DNA of 64,000 nucleotides. Source: Oligoflexales bacterium (lineage in GTDB: Bacteria; Bdellovibrionota_B; Oligoflexia; Oligoflexales; RGVZ01). How positions within the stretch are numbered: position 1 is the first letter of the stretch; each line of letters opens with the position of its first letter. The notes under the pieces are model-generated. The model saw only the letters and a list, made by a program, of their open reading frames with translations. It was not told the DNA's origin and ran no database searches. The DNA lies in NCBI GenBank assembly GCA_947479535.1, contig CANJZQ010000001.1, positions 14,324 to 78,323 on the forward strand, given 5' to 3'. Of the stretch, positions 18,385 to 28,763 are shown in pieces. A program made the translations under genes and the position numbers.

Positions 18385-19275
18385 TCAGCGAACCGAGTTG
18401 ACCATCACGTCCATGATTTGACGAAGTTGGCGTGGGTCAATCTTATGACCGATCCCGGCGATTTCCTGATAGGTGACCTGGCATTCACTGGCGGCCAGAC
18501 CATCACGAAATGCATGGGCTTGGTCTGCGAGGGCAGCGGTATCTTCCTTCCCTTGAAAAATTGCCACGCGAGGCGGCAAGCCATTCACGTCGTAACCAAT
18601 TGAGCGGGTTTCATAGGCCGCGTCACCCTCTTCCGTTGTTGATTTTTTGATCAGCGCAATGAGATCGGCGTCGCTGGAGTTGCGCCCGGCCTGCTCAAAG
18701 TCGTAGATCCCTCCCCCAAGCACGAGCCATTTTAACTTACCGAATTGCTTGGAGAAAAAAGCTGCTGAGGCGGCGCCTGTGCCGAATCCATAGGCGCCCT
18801 CAAACGAAGTGGTGAGGGCCGGGTTGGCGTGCATGGTCTCTTTTGCTGCAACTAGCGCGGCTTGCTGTGAGAGTTTTCCGACCAGATCCCTTTTGCCAGT
18901 GGAACTTCCGAATCCCGGTCGGTTGAAGCCAGCAACATGAAAGCCGGCCGCAAGGAAAGCCTGGGCTTCAGGCAGATCGCAAATGCGTTCGGGTTCGAAT
19001 CCAGCATCCTCGTCGTGAGCGAGCAGCACGGTCGCAGCGGGTCCCTTGAGTTGGCAGAAGAACCACGCCACTTTGTAACCCTTGCCCAAAGCTGAGTACG
19101 GGGCATTGCCGCTTGTGATTTTGATGGGGGTGACCCGTGGAGCATCTGGGCCGGGAGTGGTTGAGATTTTAAGGCCATCGGCTTGGCTTGGACCAGATCT
19201 GGTCACGCACCCAGAAAGTCCGGTCAAGAATGCTGCGAAAATCATTAAAAAAAATATTTTGTGTTTCATCGCCAT
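18385..19275 (-). CDS. Alpha/beta-hydrolase-fold lipoprotein (dienelactone hydrolase / S9-like), possibly lacking the nucleophile
   Basis: AGGAGA RBS before ATG 19275. Lipobox LTGLSGC. Contains GFNRPGFGSSTG and a C-terminal GIGHKID His motif. The expected GxSxG position reads GFGTG. Confidence 0.65.
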   Translation of the reverse strand: MAMKHKIFFLMIFAAFLTGLSGCVTRSGPSQADGLKISTTPGPDAPRVTPIKITSGNAPYSALGKGYKVAWFFCQLKGPAATVLLAHDEDAGFEPERICDLPEAQAFLAAGFHVAGFNRPGFGSSTGKRDLVGKLSQQAALVAAKETMHANPALTTSFEGAYGFGTGAASAAFFSKQFGKLKWLVLGGGIYDFEQAGRNSSDADLIALIKKSTTEEGDAAYETRSIGYDVNGLPPRVAIFQGKEDTAALADQAHAFRDGLAASECQVTYQEIAGIGHKIDPRQLRQIMDVMVNSVR

Positions 19276-19490
19276 GCTGGGTCTCCTAGGAGTGCCGTCA
19301 AGTCCTGGTTCAAAGTTTAGCATGCGAAAAAGGTCATGGGCGGCAATTTTTTCCCTACCTTGGCGCTGACCGAACAGGGGCCCGGTAAGTATTTCCCAGC
19401 CCTTGCAAAGAACTAGTCATTGGCCGACCATTATTGTAGGAATCTAGGGCCGCAAGCGGCTTTTTTTTGATTTTTTCTCGGGAGTTACGG

Positions 19491-20720
19491 ATGGCAGTTG
19501 ACGTCAAGGTTCCTTCCGTTGGCGAGTCGGTGAAGGAAGGGATGATCCATCGCTGGCACGTCAAGTCCGGCGATTATATTGCTCGCGACCAGGTGTTGGT
19601 TGAATTGGAAACCGACAAGGCGACTGTGGAAGTGGTTGCCGAGGCTGCAGGTGTCATTACGCTTTCAAAAAAGCAAGGTGACACGGTCGCTGTTGGTGAG
19701 GTCATCGCAACAATTGACACTGCGGCAGCGAAACCATCGGGTGCAGCTGCGACCCCTGTCGCGGCGGTTGCTACAGCAGTTTCAGCCTCTGCGTCAGTTC
19801 CAGCAAAAATGGATCAGGAGCGGACACTGAGTCCCGCTGTGCGGCGGATTGTTGAAGAAACGGGAATCGATCCTTCCAAGGTCGAAGGCACAGGGCGCGG
19901 TGGACGTTTGACGAAAGGCGATGTTCTGGCGCAGCCGGCTGCTCCTGCAGCGCGTCTCACGCCGGAGGCCAAGGCACCTTCACCAGTAACGATCGCCACC
20001 ACGGTAAGGGCTCCAGGAACCAGGACGGAGCGACGTGAGCCAATGAGCATGATGCGTCGTCGCATCGCGGAACGACTCATTCAGTCACAATCGACTGCGG
20101 CCATTTTGACGACGTTCAATGAAATCGACATGACGGCCGTCATGGCGCTGCGCGCCCAGTACAAAGACAGTTTTAAAGAAAAATACGGTGTTTCCCTAGG
20201 TTTCATGAGCTTTTTCGTGAAGGGTGCCATCGAGGGTCTCAAAGCCTTCCCAGCCATCAACGGTTGGATTGAGGGCAATGAAATCGTGTATCACGACTAC
20301 TTCGATATAGGCGTTGCTGTGTCTTCCGACCGTGGTCTTGTGGTCCCTGTCGTTCGGGATGCGGATCAGCTCAGCTTTGCGGAATCAGAAGCTGCCATCG
20401 GTAATTTCGGAAAGCGCGCCCGTGACGGAAAAATCACAGTCGATGAATTGACTGGCGGAACCTTCACAGTCTCAAACGGAGGCGTCTTTGGGTCGCTCAT
20501 GTCGACACCGATTTTGAATCCTCCGCAAAGCGGAATTTTGGGGATGCATAAGATTCAAGATCGTCCCGTGGTGGTCAATGGCCAGATTGTTATTCGGCCG
20601 ATGATGTATGTTGCCTTGAGTTATGACCACCGCATCGTAGATGGCCGCGAGGCTGTCCAGTTTCTCGTTAAAGTCAAAGAATGCGTGGAAGACCCTACGC
20701 GCATCTTGTTGGGAGTTTGA
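19491..20720 (+). CDS. sucB: Dihydrolipoyllysine-residue succinyltransferase (2-oxoglutarate dehydrogenase E2)
   Basis: Lipoyl domain ([12 protein letters not shown]), E3-binding domain ([15 protein letters not shown]) and catalytic motif [19 protein letters not shown] before ATG 19491. Confidence 0.9.
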   Translation: MAVDVKVPSVGESVKEGMIHRWHVKSGDYIARDQVLVELETDKATVEVVAEAAGVITLSKKQGDTVAVGEVIATIDTAAAKPSGAAATPVAAVATAVSASASVPAKMDQERTLSPAVRRIVEETGIDPSKVEGTGRGGRLTKGDVLAQPAAPAARLTPEAKAPSPVTIATTVRAPGTRTERREPMSMMRRRIAERLIQSQSTAAILTTFNEIDMTAVMALRAQYKDSFKEKYGVSLGFMSFFVKGAIEGLKAFPAINGWIEGNEIVYHDYFDIGVAVSSDRGLVVPVVRDADQLSFAESEAAIGNFGKRARDGKITVDELTGGTFTVSNGGVFGSLMSTPILNPPQSGILGMHKIQDRPVVVNGQIVIRPMMYVALSYDHRIVDGREAVQFLVKVKECVEDPTRILLGV

Positions 20721-20723
20721 TTC

Positions 20724-22157
20724 ATGGCAGTCGAAGGCACGAGCAACCCATCAGACAACATCCAATTCGATCTAATCGTGATCGGCGCTGGTCCGGGCGG
20801 CTACGTCGCCGCAATCCGTGCTGCCCAACTTGGTCTTAAGACAGCCTGTGTGGAATCCCGGGGAACCCTCGGTGGAACCTGCCTTAATGTAGGCTGCATC
20901 CCAAGCAAGGCCTTGCTTCAGTCCAGTGAGGCTTTTTCAGAAGTTCAGAACAAGATTTCAGAACACGGGATCAAGGTGTCAGGTGTGTCGTTGGACCTTG
21001 CGCAAATGTTGAAGCGCAAGGACGACATTGTGAAGGGCTTGACCAAGGGGGTCGAGGGCCTGTTCAAAAAGAACAAGGTGACATGGCTTCAGGGCCATGG
21101 GCGCTTTGTTGGTAAAAATCAGGTGGCCGTTGATGCTCCCGACGGCACCAGCAAGTCTTACCATGCGAAAAACGTTATCATCGCAACGGGCAGCGAACCG
21201 ATTGAGTTGAAGGCCATTGCCCCGTTCGACCAGAAATTCATCATCAATTCTACGGATGCGCTGGTGCTGGACAAGGTCCCCGAACATCTGGTGGTCATCG
21301 GGGCTGGCGTCATCGGCCTTGAGATGGGCAGCGTTTGGAAGCGACTTGGTTCAAAAGTCACGGTTATTGAGGCTGCCGATAAAGTTCTGCCTCCGATGGA
21401 TGGTGCTGTCTCAGCCGCCATGCAAAAGATTCTGACCAAGCAAGGATTTGAATTCCTGCTTAACGCTAAACTCACCGGCGCAAAGGTCGAAGGAAAGCAA
21501 GTCAAAGTCATTTTCGATCATGAAGGACAAAAAAAGGACCTCATGGCCGACAAGGTTTTGATCGCTGTAGGCCGTCGTCCGAATACCTACAAACTCGGGT
21601 TGGAGGCAATTGGATTGGCGCTCCAGCCGAACGGTCGTGTGCCTGTCGACTCTCATTTCCGCACGCCCATCGATAATGTTTATGCCATTGGCGACGTCAT
21701 TGATGGTGTGATGTTGGCCCACAAGGCTGAAGACGAAGGTATGGCTGCTGCCGAAATTATTGCGGGAAAATCTGGCCACGTGAATTACGAGGCGATTCCC
21801 AACGTGGTTTACACATGGCCCGAAGTCGCCTCGGTCGGCATGACCGAGGAACAGTGCAAGTCAAAGGGGCTCGATGTCCGCATTGGACAGTTTCCGTTTG
21901 CGGCCAACGGCAGGGCGAAGTGTCTTGGTCAGACCGACGGTTTTGTGAAGATCATCGCTGATGCAAAAACAGACCGGTTGCTTGGATTTCATATTGTCGG
22001 ACCAAATGCCTCCGAACTGATTGCAGAGGGTGCAATAGCATTTGAATTTGGTGGTAGTGCTGAGGATCTCGCTAGATCTTCCCATGCTCATCCAACTTTG
22101 GCTGAAACCATCAAGGAAGCTGCACTCAGCGTAGACAAGCGCGCCATTCATATTTGA
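20724..22157 (+). CDS. lpdA: Dihydrolipoyl dehydrogenase (E3)
   Basis: FAD motif VIGAGPGGY, redox disulfide GGTCLNVGCIPSKALL and C-terminal HAHPTLAE. Confidence 0.95.
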   Translation: MAVEGTSNPSDNIQFDLIVIGAGPGGYVAAIRAAQLGLKTACVESRGTLGGTCLNVGCIPSKALLQSSEAFSEVQNKISEHGIKVSGVSLDLAQMLKRKDDIVKGLTKGVEGLFKKNKVTWLQGHGRFVGKNQVAVDAPDGTSKSYHAKNVIIATGSEPIELKAIAPFDQKFIINSTDALVLDKVPEHLVVIGAGVIGLEMGSVWKRLGSKVTVIEAADKVLPPMDGAVSAAMQKILTKQGFEFLLNAKLTGAKVEGKQVKVIFDHEGQKKDLMADKVLIAVGRRPNTYKLGLEAIGLALQPNGRVPVDSHFRTPIDNVYAIGDVIDGVMLAHKAEDEGMAAAEIIAGKSGHVNYEAIPNVVYTWPEVASVGMTEEQCKSKGLDVRIGQFPFAANGRAKCLGQTDGFVKIIADAKTDRLLGFHIVGPNASELIAEGAIAFEFGGSAEDLARSSHAHPTLAETIKEAALSVDKRAIHI

Positions 22158-22167
22158 GGTTATTCCC

Positions 22168-25020
22168 ATGGCTCCCACAACTGATGGACAAGTTGGACTG
22201 ACTCGATTCTCTTACGCCACAGGCGAGAATGCAGCATACATCGACGAGCTGTATAAGAAATACAAGTCAGATCCGGCTTCGGTCGACGATGGATGGCAAA
22301 AGTTTTTTGAAGGGGTTGAATTTGCTGCTGGCACTGCAGGAACGACAGCCGCAGGCGGTGGATCTCACGACAGCGCCAAAGTAGAGGCTTGGATCAATGC
22401 ATTTCGCCGGCTTGGCCACTTGTCCGCGGAGCTCAATCCTCTCGCTGAAAAGCCGCCGCTACGCGATGACATGAAGCCAGGCGCCCATGGTCTGGATCAT
22501 GTCAATTCTGAAGAATTTTTTCATCCCGCAAATCTGCCAAGCCAAGAGCCGATGAGCTTCGGGGCCATTCGTGACCTGATGATGCAGACATACTGCAGTC
22601 GCATTGGCGCCGAGTTTCGTGAAACAGATGACATTGAAGTCGTCCGTTGGTTTCAGTCCAAAATGGAATCCTGTAGAAATTCGCCTCAGTTTTCTGTGGA
22701 AGTGCGCAAACGTACCTTGGAGAAATTAATTGAGGCCGAGGGTTTTGAGCGTTTTCTTCACGCCCGTTATCTTGGACAAAAGCGCTTCTCATTGGAAGGT
22801 GCAGACAGCTTTGTGCCGCTGATGGATGTGATCGTTCGCGATAGTGCCAGGGCTGGAGTTGAAGAGATTGCCATCGGTATGGCACACAGGGGCCGGCTGA
22901 ATACCCTGGTGAACGTCATGGGCAAGAGCAAAGAGCTCATGCTCAAGGAGTTTGAGGGCGGTGAAGTCCGGCATTATGACATTGATGGTGATGTAAAATA
23001 TCACATGGGCTTTGCATCAGAAGTTGAAACGGTGGATGGCAAAAAAGTGCGCATGTACTTGTCGCCAAACCCGAGTCATCTCGAGATCGTTAACCCTGTT
23101 GTGGAAGGCTTTGTCCGCGCTCGGCAACGTGTGGCCGCGAACGATGACCGTGCCACAATCATGCCGGTACTTGTCCACGGGGACGCAGCCTTTATGGGGC
23201 AGGGCGTCGTCGTAGAGACCCTTAATCTATCGCAGCTGCCGGCCTACGAGACTGGTGGGACGATCCATATCGTCACCAATAATCAGATTGGATTCACGAC
23301 CAATCCGGAGGAAGGTCGCTCCTGCACATACTCTTCCGGGATCGCAAAGGTTGTCCGTGCGCCAGTTTTGCATGTCAATGCGGACGACCCGGAGGCTGTA
23401 ATCTGGTGCGGTATGCTGGCGGTCGAATATCGTCAGACATTCAAGCGTGACATCGTGATTGATCTTATCGGCTATCGCCGGCATGGCCACAACGAGACCG
23501 ACGAACCTGCTTTTACCCAACCGCTGATGTATCGCAAAATTGCGGCCCATCCAACCGTCCTGACCTCATATGCTGCGAAGCTTTTAGACAACGGTACTGT
23601 GTCGCAAGCGGAATTCGACACTGCCAATGACGGTTACAAAAATCACCTGCAAACGGCTTTCGAGGCCGTACGTTCTGGCAAGATTTCAAATTCTGCCCAT
23701 TCAACCCCTCCTGAATCCCTGGTCAAGGCAACCCTGCACGCGATGGTGGATGAACAGGAGTTTTGGAAACCAGTGAAGACCGCCGTTCCTGCGACGACGA
23801 TCCGTGATCTCGGTATGAGGATGACGGATTTGCCAGCTGGTTTTTCCCCTCATCCAAAAATCGCCCGCTTGTTGGAGACCCGGCGCAAAATGGTGTCCGG
23901 CGCGGGTGCAGTGGATTGGGCTATGGGAGAGCTTCTTGCCTTTGCAACTCTGGCGTTGGAGGGGCACCACGTTCGACTGTCGGGACAGGATTGCCAACGG
24001 GGTACGTTTAGCAGTCGCCATGGCGTTCTTCGAGATTACGAGACCGGCGCGCCTTATAACGTTCTGTCGCGTCTTGGCTCTGATTCCCAGGGTCAGGTCG
24101 AACTGATCAATAGTCCTCTGAGCGAAGCCGGCGTGATGGGTTTTGAATTTGGCTACACGGTGGCCGATCCCGATGCGCTCGTCATGTGGGAAGCTCAGTT
24201 TGGTGATTTTTGCAACGGCGCACAAATTATCATTGATCAATTTTTGTGTGCTTCAGAAGCGAAGTGGAAGCAGACCAGTGGCCTCGTTCTGTTGCTGCCT
24301 CATGGTCATGAAGGCATGGGGCCAGAGCACTCCAGCGCCCGCCCAGAGCGCTTTTTACAGTTGTGTGGTCACATGAACATGCAGGTCATGAACCTGACGA
24401 CTCCGGCTCAACATTTTCATGCACTGCGGCGGCAGCTGCTTCGGAGTTTCCGTAAGCCTCTAGTGATGATGACCCCCAAGAGTTTGCTGCGCCACCCGTC
24501 GGTCGTTTCAACCCTTGAGGAGTTTGATGCCGGTTCGTTTCAGGAAGTCATCGATGAAAAGTCATTGAAGCCCTCTGAGGCTCGCAAGGCATCTCGCCTT
24601 GTACTTTGCAGCGGTAAGATTTTCTATGAACTCGCCGAAGCCCGCGCTAAAGCTAGCGGTGCTCCGGCCAGCATACCAGTGGTTCGCGTGGAACAACTGC
24701 ATCCTTTTCCTGAAGCGGCTTTGAGAAAAGTCCTTTCAGGCTACAAGGAGATCAAGCAGATCGTCTGGGTGCAGGAAGAGCCGCAAAACATGGGTGCATG
24801 GAACTTTATCCGTCCGCTCTTGCGCGATCTGATGGCTGACGTATGTGGACCTTCGGTCAAACTTGAATATGTTGGTCGGCGTAGTTCAGGCACCACCGCA
24901 GAAGGCTCTTCCAAGGCGCACGTTTTGGAGCAGACGCGAATCCTGGGAGCGGCTCTTTCGGGAGAGGCTTCCGCCGAGGCGCCTGCCAAGAAAACAACCG
25001 CTCCGTCTCTAAGTCGCTAA
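22168..25020 (+). CDS. sucA: 2-oxoglutarate dehydrogenase E1 component
   Basis: 950 aa. N-terminus NAAYIDELYKKY; contains RFSLEG, GMAHRGRLN, HGDAAFMGQG and GYRRHGHNETDEP. Confidence 0.95.
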   Translation: MAPTTDGQVGLTRFSYATGENAAYIDELYKKYKSDPASVDDGWQKFFEGVEFAAGTAGTTAAGGGSHDSAKVEAWINAFRRLGHLSAELNPLAEKPPLRDDMKPGAHGLDHVNSEEFFHPANLPSQEPMSFGAIRDLMMQTYCSRIGAEFRETDDIEVVRWFQSKMESCRNSPQFSVEVRKRTLEKLIEAEGFERFLHARYLGQKRFSLEGADSFVPLMDVIVRDSARAGVEEIAIGMAHRGRLNTLVNVMGKSKELMLKEFEGGEVRHYDIDGDVKYHMGFASEVETVDGKKVRMYLSPNPSHLEIVNPVVEGFVRARQRVAANDDRATIMPVLVHGDAAFMGQGVVVETLNLSQLPAYETGGTIHIVTNNQIGFTTNPEEGRSCTYSSGIAKVVRAPVLHVNADDPEAVIWCGMLAVEYRQTFKRDIVIDLIGYRRHGHNETDEPAFTQPLMYRKIAAHPTVLTSYAAKLLDNGTVSQAEFDTANDGYKNHLQTAFEAVRSGKISNSAHSTPPESLVKATLHAMVDEQEFWKPVKTAVPATTIRDLGMRMTDLPAGFSPHPKIARLLETRRKMVSGAGAVDWAMGELLAFATLALEGHHVRLSGQDCQRGTFSSRHGVLRDYETGAPYNVLSRLGSDSQGQVELINSPLSEAGVMGFEFGYTVADPDALVMWEAQFGDFCNGAQIIIDQFLCASEAKWKQTSGLVLLLPHGHEGMGPEHSSARPERFLQLCGHMNMQVMNLTTPAQHFHALRRQLLRSFRKPLVMMTPKSLLRHPSVVSTLEEFDAGSFQEVIDEKSLKPSEARKASRLVLCSGKIFYELAEARAKASGAPASIPVVRVEQLHPFPEAALRKVLSGYKEIKQIVWVQEEPQNMGAWNFIRPLLRDLMADVCGPSVKLEYVGRRSSGTTAEGSSKAHVLEQTRILGAALSGEASAEAPAKKTTAPSLSR

Positions 25021-25203
25021 TATTAAAAATGAAAATATCTGACAGTCGTATCCTTCTTTCGGGGAGGATGCGGCCACATACTTCCCATTATTTAAGCAGC
25101 AAAAACCCTTAAATGTTTTCAGCCGCCCGCCGAATACCACCTTGGGTTCGAAGCGTTTATCCCGGCAGGCAAGCCGGGCAGAAATGGGGCGGTAGCAGGG
25201 GAT

Positions 25204-26913
25204 ATGATTTATAAAATACGCTTCTTACATATGGCTTGGCTAACCACAGTCCTTGGACTCGCGGGCTGCAAGTCAACGCTTTCTCAATCTGCAAAAGTTG
25301 AATCAATCATAACAGGCCATTCCTTGGCCTCTACCTTTCAGCGCCCATTCGGAAAGTATCTCGGGTACTTCCATATATCCGATGACTCAAAAATGGCGGT
25401 GGCGATCGATTTGATTCCGGGATCATCAGGCTCTGGACAGAATGAGATGCGGGGCATACTTCGATTTCATCTGGGTGGTTTCGGATCTACGGAATTTGCA
25501 TCCTATTACTTTCCTTCTATTGCTGAAGGATTTGACGGGAGAATCAACTTTGGGAGCGCCAAAGATTTTTCGTCTGATTTGCGCGTAGACAACGCGCGTC
25601 TGGTCGATGGTCGATTCTCTGCGTCCCTGTCGTTTACATCAACGGCCAACGGCGACGCGCGAAAGTCAGGATTTGTTGAAGCCATTCTTTTCGGTGACGG
25701 TGAAGGTCGGATGGATGATGTCCTGTCCCTGGGTGGCAATGCGCCGGCTCTTGGAAATTTGTCAGGACAATACTCAGCTGCATGTGACGGGCGGCAAACG
25801 GTACTTCAGCTTGAGTATAGCCGTTGGAATTCTTCGTCTGGAGAGGCGGTTGCCGGGCTTCATCCGGATGGGATTTTGACGGGTCGCCTTGGAGTGGCCG
25901 ACTTGGCTTCATGCAAGGTCGATTCTGCGAATTGCTCGCAGCGTGTATTCAGAGCCGGATATTACGATCCCTTCACCGGAAAAGTGCTCCTTCAGTCATC
26001 CGTTGGGGATACCCTTTGCCACAGAAGCGGTTCATCAATCACATGTGATGCTTGTACTTTTTCCCGGGTCGAAACCTCTAAACCAGGGATGTTCACTGGG
26101 GTGGGAAACGAGGCCTCCAAGGTTCCTAGATTCCATAGACGGGCCGATGAAACCATTTTTGACACGGGTCCTTCCGTGGATCTAGATGTTAATGCTGCTG
26201 GTTTAGCTGGTGGTCTTTACGGGTACCTGCATCACGAGGCTACGAACCTCTATCAACCTGTCTCGCTAAACCTTACTTATAATCCTGATTCATCTACCTA
26301 TGCCGCCGTCTCTGCCCTGTATTTTGGTCTTCCAAGCAACAATGAATTCATCGCCTACAGGTTTGACAACTTCGAGAAGTCGGACTTTGCAGATCGCATG
26401 GTGCTCGATGGTCCAGGCGAAGCATTTCTTGTCATCACCGCCTCTGGCTCCAAGGGGCTAAGCGGAGTTTGGTATTCAAAAACCCACGGTCGTATTGGCA
26501 CAGTAAGTTTTGCGAGAGACAGCATGCCTCCATTGGTGGTCGATGAGAAACTTTTGATGCACAACCTCAGTGGGAAATATTCTGGTGCCTATTGGCAATT
26601 TGAATTGAAGGTTGCGGCAAATGTTTCTGAAAATTCTCGCGAATTTTACCCTCTTCGTATGTTTGGGTCGGCCCGTGAAAAAGGCGATTCGCAGAAACGT
26701 CGCCTGATTCAGGATGGAACCTACGATTTTTATAGCGGTAGTGTCGCCTTGCGTTTGGATGACGGACGCACCGTTGTCGGACGGATCAAGGATGGTAACG
26801 CAGAACTTTTTTGGCCCCCCTGGCCGCGCCTTGGTCCAGTGATCGAAGCCCAGGAATTTCAGGTTTTCAACAGGGTCGACCAGTCTGACCGGACCATCGC
26901 AGCCAGAAAATGA
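25204..26913 (+). CDS. Large hypothetical lipoprotein (569 aa)
   Basis: Lipobox LGLAGC after a hydrophobic N-region. An RBS-like AGGGGA precedes it. No family recognised. Confidence 0.5.
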   Translation: MIYKIRFLHMAWLTTVLGLAGCKSTLSQSAKVESIITGHSLASTFQRPFGKYLGYFHISDDSKMAVAIDLIPGSSGSGQNEMRGILRFHLGGFGSTEFASYYFPSIAEGFDGRINFGSAKDFSSDLRVDNARLVDGRFSASLSFTSTANGDARKSGFVEAILFGDGEGRMDDVLSLGGNAPALGNLSGQYSAACDGRQTVLQLEYSRWNSSSGEAVAGLHPDGILTGRLGVADLASCKVDSANCSQRVFRAGYYDPFTGKVLLQSSVGDTLCHRSGSSITCDACTFSRVETSKPGMFTGVGNEASKVPRFHRRADETIFDTGPSVDLDVNAAGLAGGLYGYLHHEATNLYQPVSLNLTYNPDSSTYAAVSALYFGLPSNNEFIAYRFDNFEKSDFADRMVLDGPGEAFLVITASGSKGLSGVWYSKTHGRIGTVSFARDSMPPLVVDEKLLMHNLSGKYSGAYWQFELKVAANVSENSREFYPLRMFGSAREKGDSQKRRLIQDGTYDFYSGSVALRLDDGRTVVGRIKDGNAELFWPPWPRLGPVIEAQEFQVFNRVDQSDRTIAARK

Positions 26914-26933
26914 CTGGCCATGATCATCCTCCG

Positions 26934-28733
26934 TTAATTTAAACCACGCGGACGTCCTTCGGACCTGGTGTCGGATACGCCTGTAATTACAGCGGTTGCG
27001 GTCCCTTCGTGGATTGTGTCTTCCGACCAAAAAATTGCCTGCACGTCTCCGATGCGATCGGCATCCACAATTTTGTGCCCCATCGATTCTAGTGCCTTCA
27101 ATGTTCCTGCTGGAGCGAATGACTTTTCAACAAAAAGCTTATCGGGCTCCCACTGATGATGGATCCTGGGCGCATGCACTGCGTCGGGTGGTGACATCTG
27201 GAGTGCAAGGCGGTTGAAGATCGTTTGCAGTGTTGCGGAAATGATGCGGGGACCTCCAGGTGAACCCAGCACCATGACGACCTTGCCTGATTCGTTGAAA
27301 ATTATGGTGGGAGTCATCGATGAAAGGGGTGTCTTTAATGGTGCAATTTCGTTGGCTGCAGCCCCTGTGAGGCCATATGCGTTTGGTTGGCTGCTGCTTC
27401 GTGCAAAATCATCCATTTCGTCATTTAAGACGATGCCAGTGCCATCAGCCACCATGCAGGACCCGAATGTATAGTTGATCGTCTGTGTTGTGGCAGCGGC
27501 ATTTCCATCTAGGTCAATAACTGAAATATGCGTGGTGGAATCAGATTCTTTGAACAATGAAGTCGATTTCACGTTCAGTTTAGCCGACGGCGTTGCAGAA
27601 GTGTTGTTGATGGATTTGCGCCAGGCATCAGCATGGTCCAGTCCTATAAGTCTTGCGACCGGGACGTTGGTGAAATCTGGATCGCCCATGTGCATGGCCC
27701 TGTCGGCGAAGGCGCGGCGCATGGCTTCAGCCATCAGGTGCCAGTGCAGTGGAGAAGCGAATCCTTGGGATTTGATCTGATTCACGTCGTTGCGCAAAAT
27801 ATTGAGAATTTCAATGGCGTGGACACCGCCACTTGATGGCGGCGGCATGGAAACGATGCGATGTCCACCAAATGACCCTGTGACGGCCTGGCGACGGATC
27901 ATCCGGTAATCCGCCAGGTCTTTTGCTTGCAGGAGCCCACCGCGGGACTGAACAGAGGCAATGATGCGGCGCGCCGTCTCACCATCCTTGAAGTCTCTTG
28001 GTCCTGTCTCTGCAACTCTGGTCAATGTTGCTGCGAGGTCGTTTTGTATCAACGTTTCGCCTAGCTCAAGGGTTCGACCGTTGCGAAAAAAAATTGCAGT
28101 GGAGGACGGAAATTTGTTCAGCGCGTTGGCCCGGTCTTTGAGGGCCGACGCCAGCTGTGGGTAAACCGGAAACCCCTCCTTTGCAATCTTGATCGCCGGT
28201 TGCAAGACGGTTTTCCAAGGAAGTCTCCCCGAGGTTTGGTGGATGTCACCCAATCCGGTCACCAGGCCAGGCGTTGCAATCGCCATCGGGCCGTCGACAG
28301 TTGCCTCGCCTGGCAATGCACTAAAGATTTTTGCCGTCGCCTTGGCTGGGGCCCTCTCCCGGAAGTCAAATGCCTCGGTGCGTTGGTGGGCGGCCTGATG
28401 GGCCAACATGAAGCCACCTCCGCCAACACCAGTCGATTGTGGCCTGACAACGGAGATGACAAAAGAGGCTGCCACGGCAGCATCGATTGCGTTCCCACCA
28501 GCTTTCAGCATTGCAATTCCAGCATCTGAGGCGAGGGGGTGGGCTGTAACAACCATACCTGCTGGCGCTTTTGCAATCCGGTCTTCGCGCGATCCCTCGT
28601 GAGGCTGAAAAAAACGGTACGTAAAGGCTGGCATCAAAGGGGAAAGGCTGACGCAGCCGGCCCCAACAACCCCGAGTGCGGCACATACGATTTTTATTTT
28701 TTTCCCTGTCAGCTTCACGAGGGCAATCCTCAC
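26934..28733 (-). CDS. ggt: Gamma-glutamyltransferase
   Basis: Autoprocessing/nucleophile region DSTTHISVIDLDGNAAATTQTINYTFGS, plus GSPGGPRII. The N-terminus has a lipoprotein-like signal (VGAGC). The start could instead be GTG 28718. Confidence 0.9.
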   Translation of the reverse strand: MRIALVKLTGKKIKIVCAALGVVGAGCVSLSPLMPAFTYRFFQPHEGSREDRIAKAPAGMVVTAHPLASDAGIAMLKAGGNAIDAAVAASFVISVVRPQSTGVGGGGFMLAHQAAHQRTEAFDFRERAPAKATAKIFSALPGEATVDGPMAIATPGLVTGLGDIHQTSGRLPWKTVLQPAIKIAKEGFPVYPQLASALKDRANALNKFPSSTAIFFRNGRTLELGETLIQNDLAATLTRVAETGPRDFKDGETARRIIASVQSRGGLLQAKDLADYRMIRRQAVTGSFGGHRIVSMPPPSSGGVHAIEILNILRNDVNQIKSQGFASPLHWHLMAEAMRRAFADRAMHMGDPDFTNVPVARLIGLDHADAWRKSINNTSATPSAKLNVKSTSLFKESDSTTHISVIDLDGNAAATTQTINYTFGSCMVADGTGIVLNDEMDDFARSSSQPNAYGLTGAAANEIAPLKTPLSSMTPTIIFNESGKVVMVLGSPGGPRIISATLQTIFNRLALQMSPPDAVHAPRIHHQWEPDKLFVEKSFAPAGTLKALESMGHKIVDADRIGDVQAIFWSEDTIHEGTATAVITGVSDTRSEGRPRGLN

Positions 28734-28763
28734 TTCTTGGCAAGGTCGGTTTGGTTTCTCGCT

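Noticed and set aside
25047-25072. Hairpin after sucA as an intrinsic terminator
   Set aside because: It is a 10-bp stem with two G-U pairs and has no downstream U-tract. That is not enough to call a terminator, so it is mentioned only in the suc operon finding.
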